In this document: piece after piece, positions 63,060 through 64,000 of the stretch
Position numbering within the stretch: the first letter of the stretch is position 1
How the letters are laid out: each line of letters starts with the position of its first letter
From: a virus
Taxonomy: Duplodnaviria > Heunggongvirae > Uroviricota > Caudoviricetes
Length of the DNA: 64,000 bases
Reading direction: 5' to 3' (one strand)
IMG/VR virus record: IMGVR_UViG_3300032007_004072
Location: 10,223 to 74,222 of that record
Made by a program: the position numbers and the translations under genes
Notes under the pieces: generated by a model
What the model saw: only the letters and a program-made list of their open reading frames with translations
What the model was told of the DNA's origin: nothing
Database searches by the model: none

Positions 63060-64000
63060 GTAAATTAGATGAAGTAATTAAAAGCGTTAATAGTAAATTA
63101 AAAAATGATATCTTAACCACAGATATAGATGCAATAACTTTTAGAGGTAAAGAGGAAGTTCCATATTCTACTCCTGCGCTGACTAGACTTTTTCATGGTG
63201 GGCATAAGACACATACACTTTTTACATTATCTGGTGAGTATTCAAGTGGAAAAACATCGTGTGCTATGGCTATTGCTTCAGACTTTCAGAAGTATTATAA
63301 GAAAAAGTGGGCAGATAGAGTTGCAGAATTAGAGGCAAAAGAAAAGTTAAACAAAAATGAAAAACAAGAATATGTAGAGTTGCTTGATAATGGATATAAG
63401 AAAGTCGCATTTATTGATGTAGAATGTTCTGCTGATAGTGATTGGGCATCTAAAATGGGGTTTGATTTTTCTGACGCAATCTATTGTAAGCCACAAGGAG
63501 AAAGTGCTGAACAAATATTAGAAATTATTTTAGATTTAATTAGATCTGACGGAATTTGTTTAGTTATCTTAGATTCAGTGGCAGCATTAGCATCAGCAGC
63601 ACAAACAGAAAAATCAATAGAAGAGAAAACTTATGGGGGCATTAGTGCAAGCATGACAGTTTTTGTGGCTAAACTTCTTCCACTACTCAATAAACATGAT
63701 TGTTCTGTGATTGCAATTAATCAGTTAAGAGATGTTTTAAATAGCTCTATACCTGGACAGACGAAGATGCCAGGAGGTCGTGCGCTTTCTTATCAATCAC
63801 ATGTAATTCTTAACTTCCGTAAAGGTAAAGCTCTTGATGAATCTTATAAAGAAATTCCTAATAAAAGTGAAAACTATTTTGGTCAGTATGTTGAAGTACG
63901 TGTTGAAAAGAATAAAATTTCTAAACCTGACATACGATTAACTAGACTTCATATCTTATTTGATAAAGGTCTTTATCCTTTACTTGATGTAGTTAATTTA
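63056..64000 (+). CDS. recA: RecA-family recombinase, 3'-partial (runs off window end); not in ORF track
   Basis: Walker A GEYSSGKTSCAM, Walker B ICLVILDSVAAL, INQLRDVLNSSIPGQTKMPGGRALSYQSHVILNFRKG (RecA L2/core region); GGAGAGGAG RBS. Confidence 0.8.
   Translation, partial: MSKLDEVIKSVNSKLKNDILTTDIDAITFRGKEEVPYSTPALTRLFHGGHKTHTLFTLSGEYSSGKTSCAMAIASDFQKYYKKKWADRVAELEAKEKLNKNEKQEYVELLDNGYKKVAFIDVECSADSDWASKMGFDFSDAIYCKPQGESAEQILEIILDLIRSDGICLVILDSVAALASAAQTEKSIEEKTYGGISASMTVFVAKLLPLLNKHDCSVIAINQLRDVLNSSIPGQTKMPGGRALSYQSHVILNFRKGKALDESYKEIPNKSENYFGQYVEVRVEKNKISKPDIRLTRLHILFDKGLYPLLDVVNL

Noticed and set aside
1-64000. CRISPR arrays, integrase/attachment sites, rRNA genes
   Set aside because: No direct-repeat/spacer periodicity, no tyrosine/serine recombinase motifs and no rRNA-like GC-rich blocks are seen anywhere in the window. 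The OMEGA elements are the only mobile DNA detected.

Overview
AT-rich (~28-30% GC) bacteriophage or prophage segment, most likely from a low-GC Firmicutes/Clostridia-type host. Every credible gene is on the + strand; the minus-strand ORFs in the track are low-complexity and I treat them as spurious. Transcription units are delimited by host sigma-A-type promoters (TTGACA-N17-TAT[A/C][A/C]T, often with TG-extended -10) paired with hairpin/U-tract terminators. Order of modules: (1) virion/tail module, 1-24.2 kb: unknown structural proteins, a 1303-aa TM + coiled-coil giant protein, and a family of receptor-binding/tail-fiber proteins carrying CBM5/12-like repeats and LamG (concanavalin-like) domains. 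The module ends in a Sec-signal protein with an N-terminal TPS/haemagglutinin-type domain, followed by a holin-like gene. (2) Accessory segment, ~24.9-35 kb, bounded by two OMEGA-type elements. An IscB gene (RuvC-I / Arg-rich bridge / RuvC-II / HNH / RuvC-III, with a PLMP N-terminus) has a ~240-nt structured GC-rich upstream region that is a candidate omega-RNA. A TnpB (IS605 OrfB) element appears to have inserted into a small membrane-protein gene; deleting it in silico restores an 84-aa ORF in frame. Cargo between the two elements includes an SNF2 helicase, a membrane-anchored 3D-domain protein and an SPFH/band-7 protein. (3) Nucleotide metabolism: class III RNR nrdD/nrdG, dUTPase, HAD-like phosphatase. 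(4) Replication: DnaC-like loader, DnaB helicase, DnaG-type primase, a gp32-like Zn SSB candidate, family-A DNA polymerase with 3'-5' exonuclease, a possible sliding clamp. (5) Recombination: Cas4-like PD-(D/E)xK nuclease, RecU resolvase, RecA (3'-partial). Five free-standing paralogous HNH_3-like genes, each with Zn-ribbon repeats and C-terminal HTH-like repeats, are scattered between essential genes. No tRNA, rRNA or CRISPR array was found.
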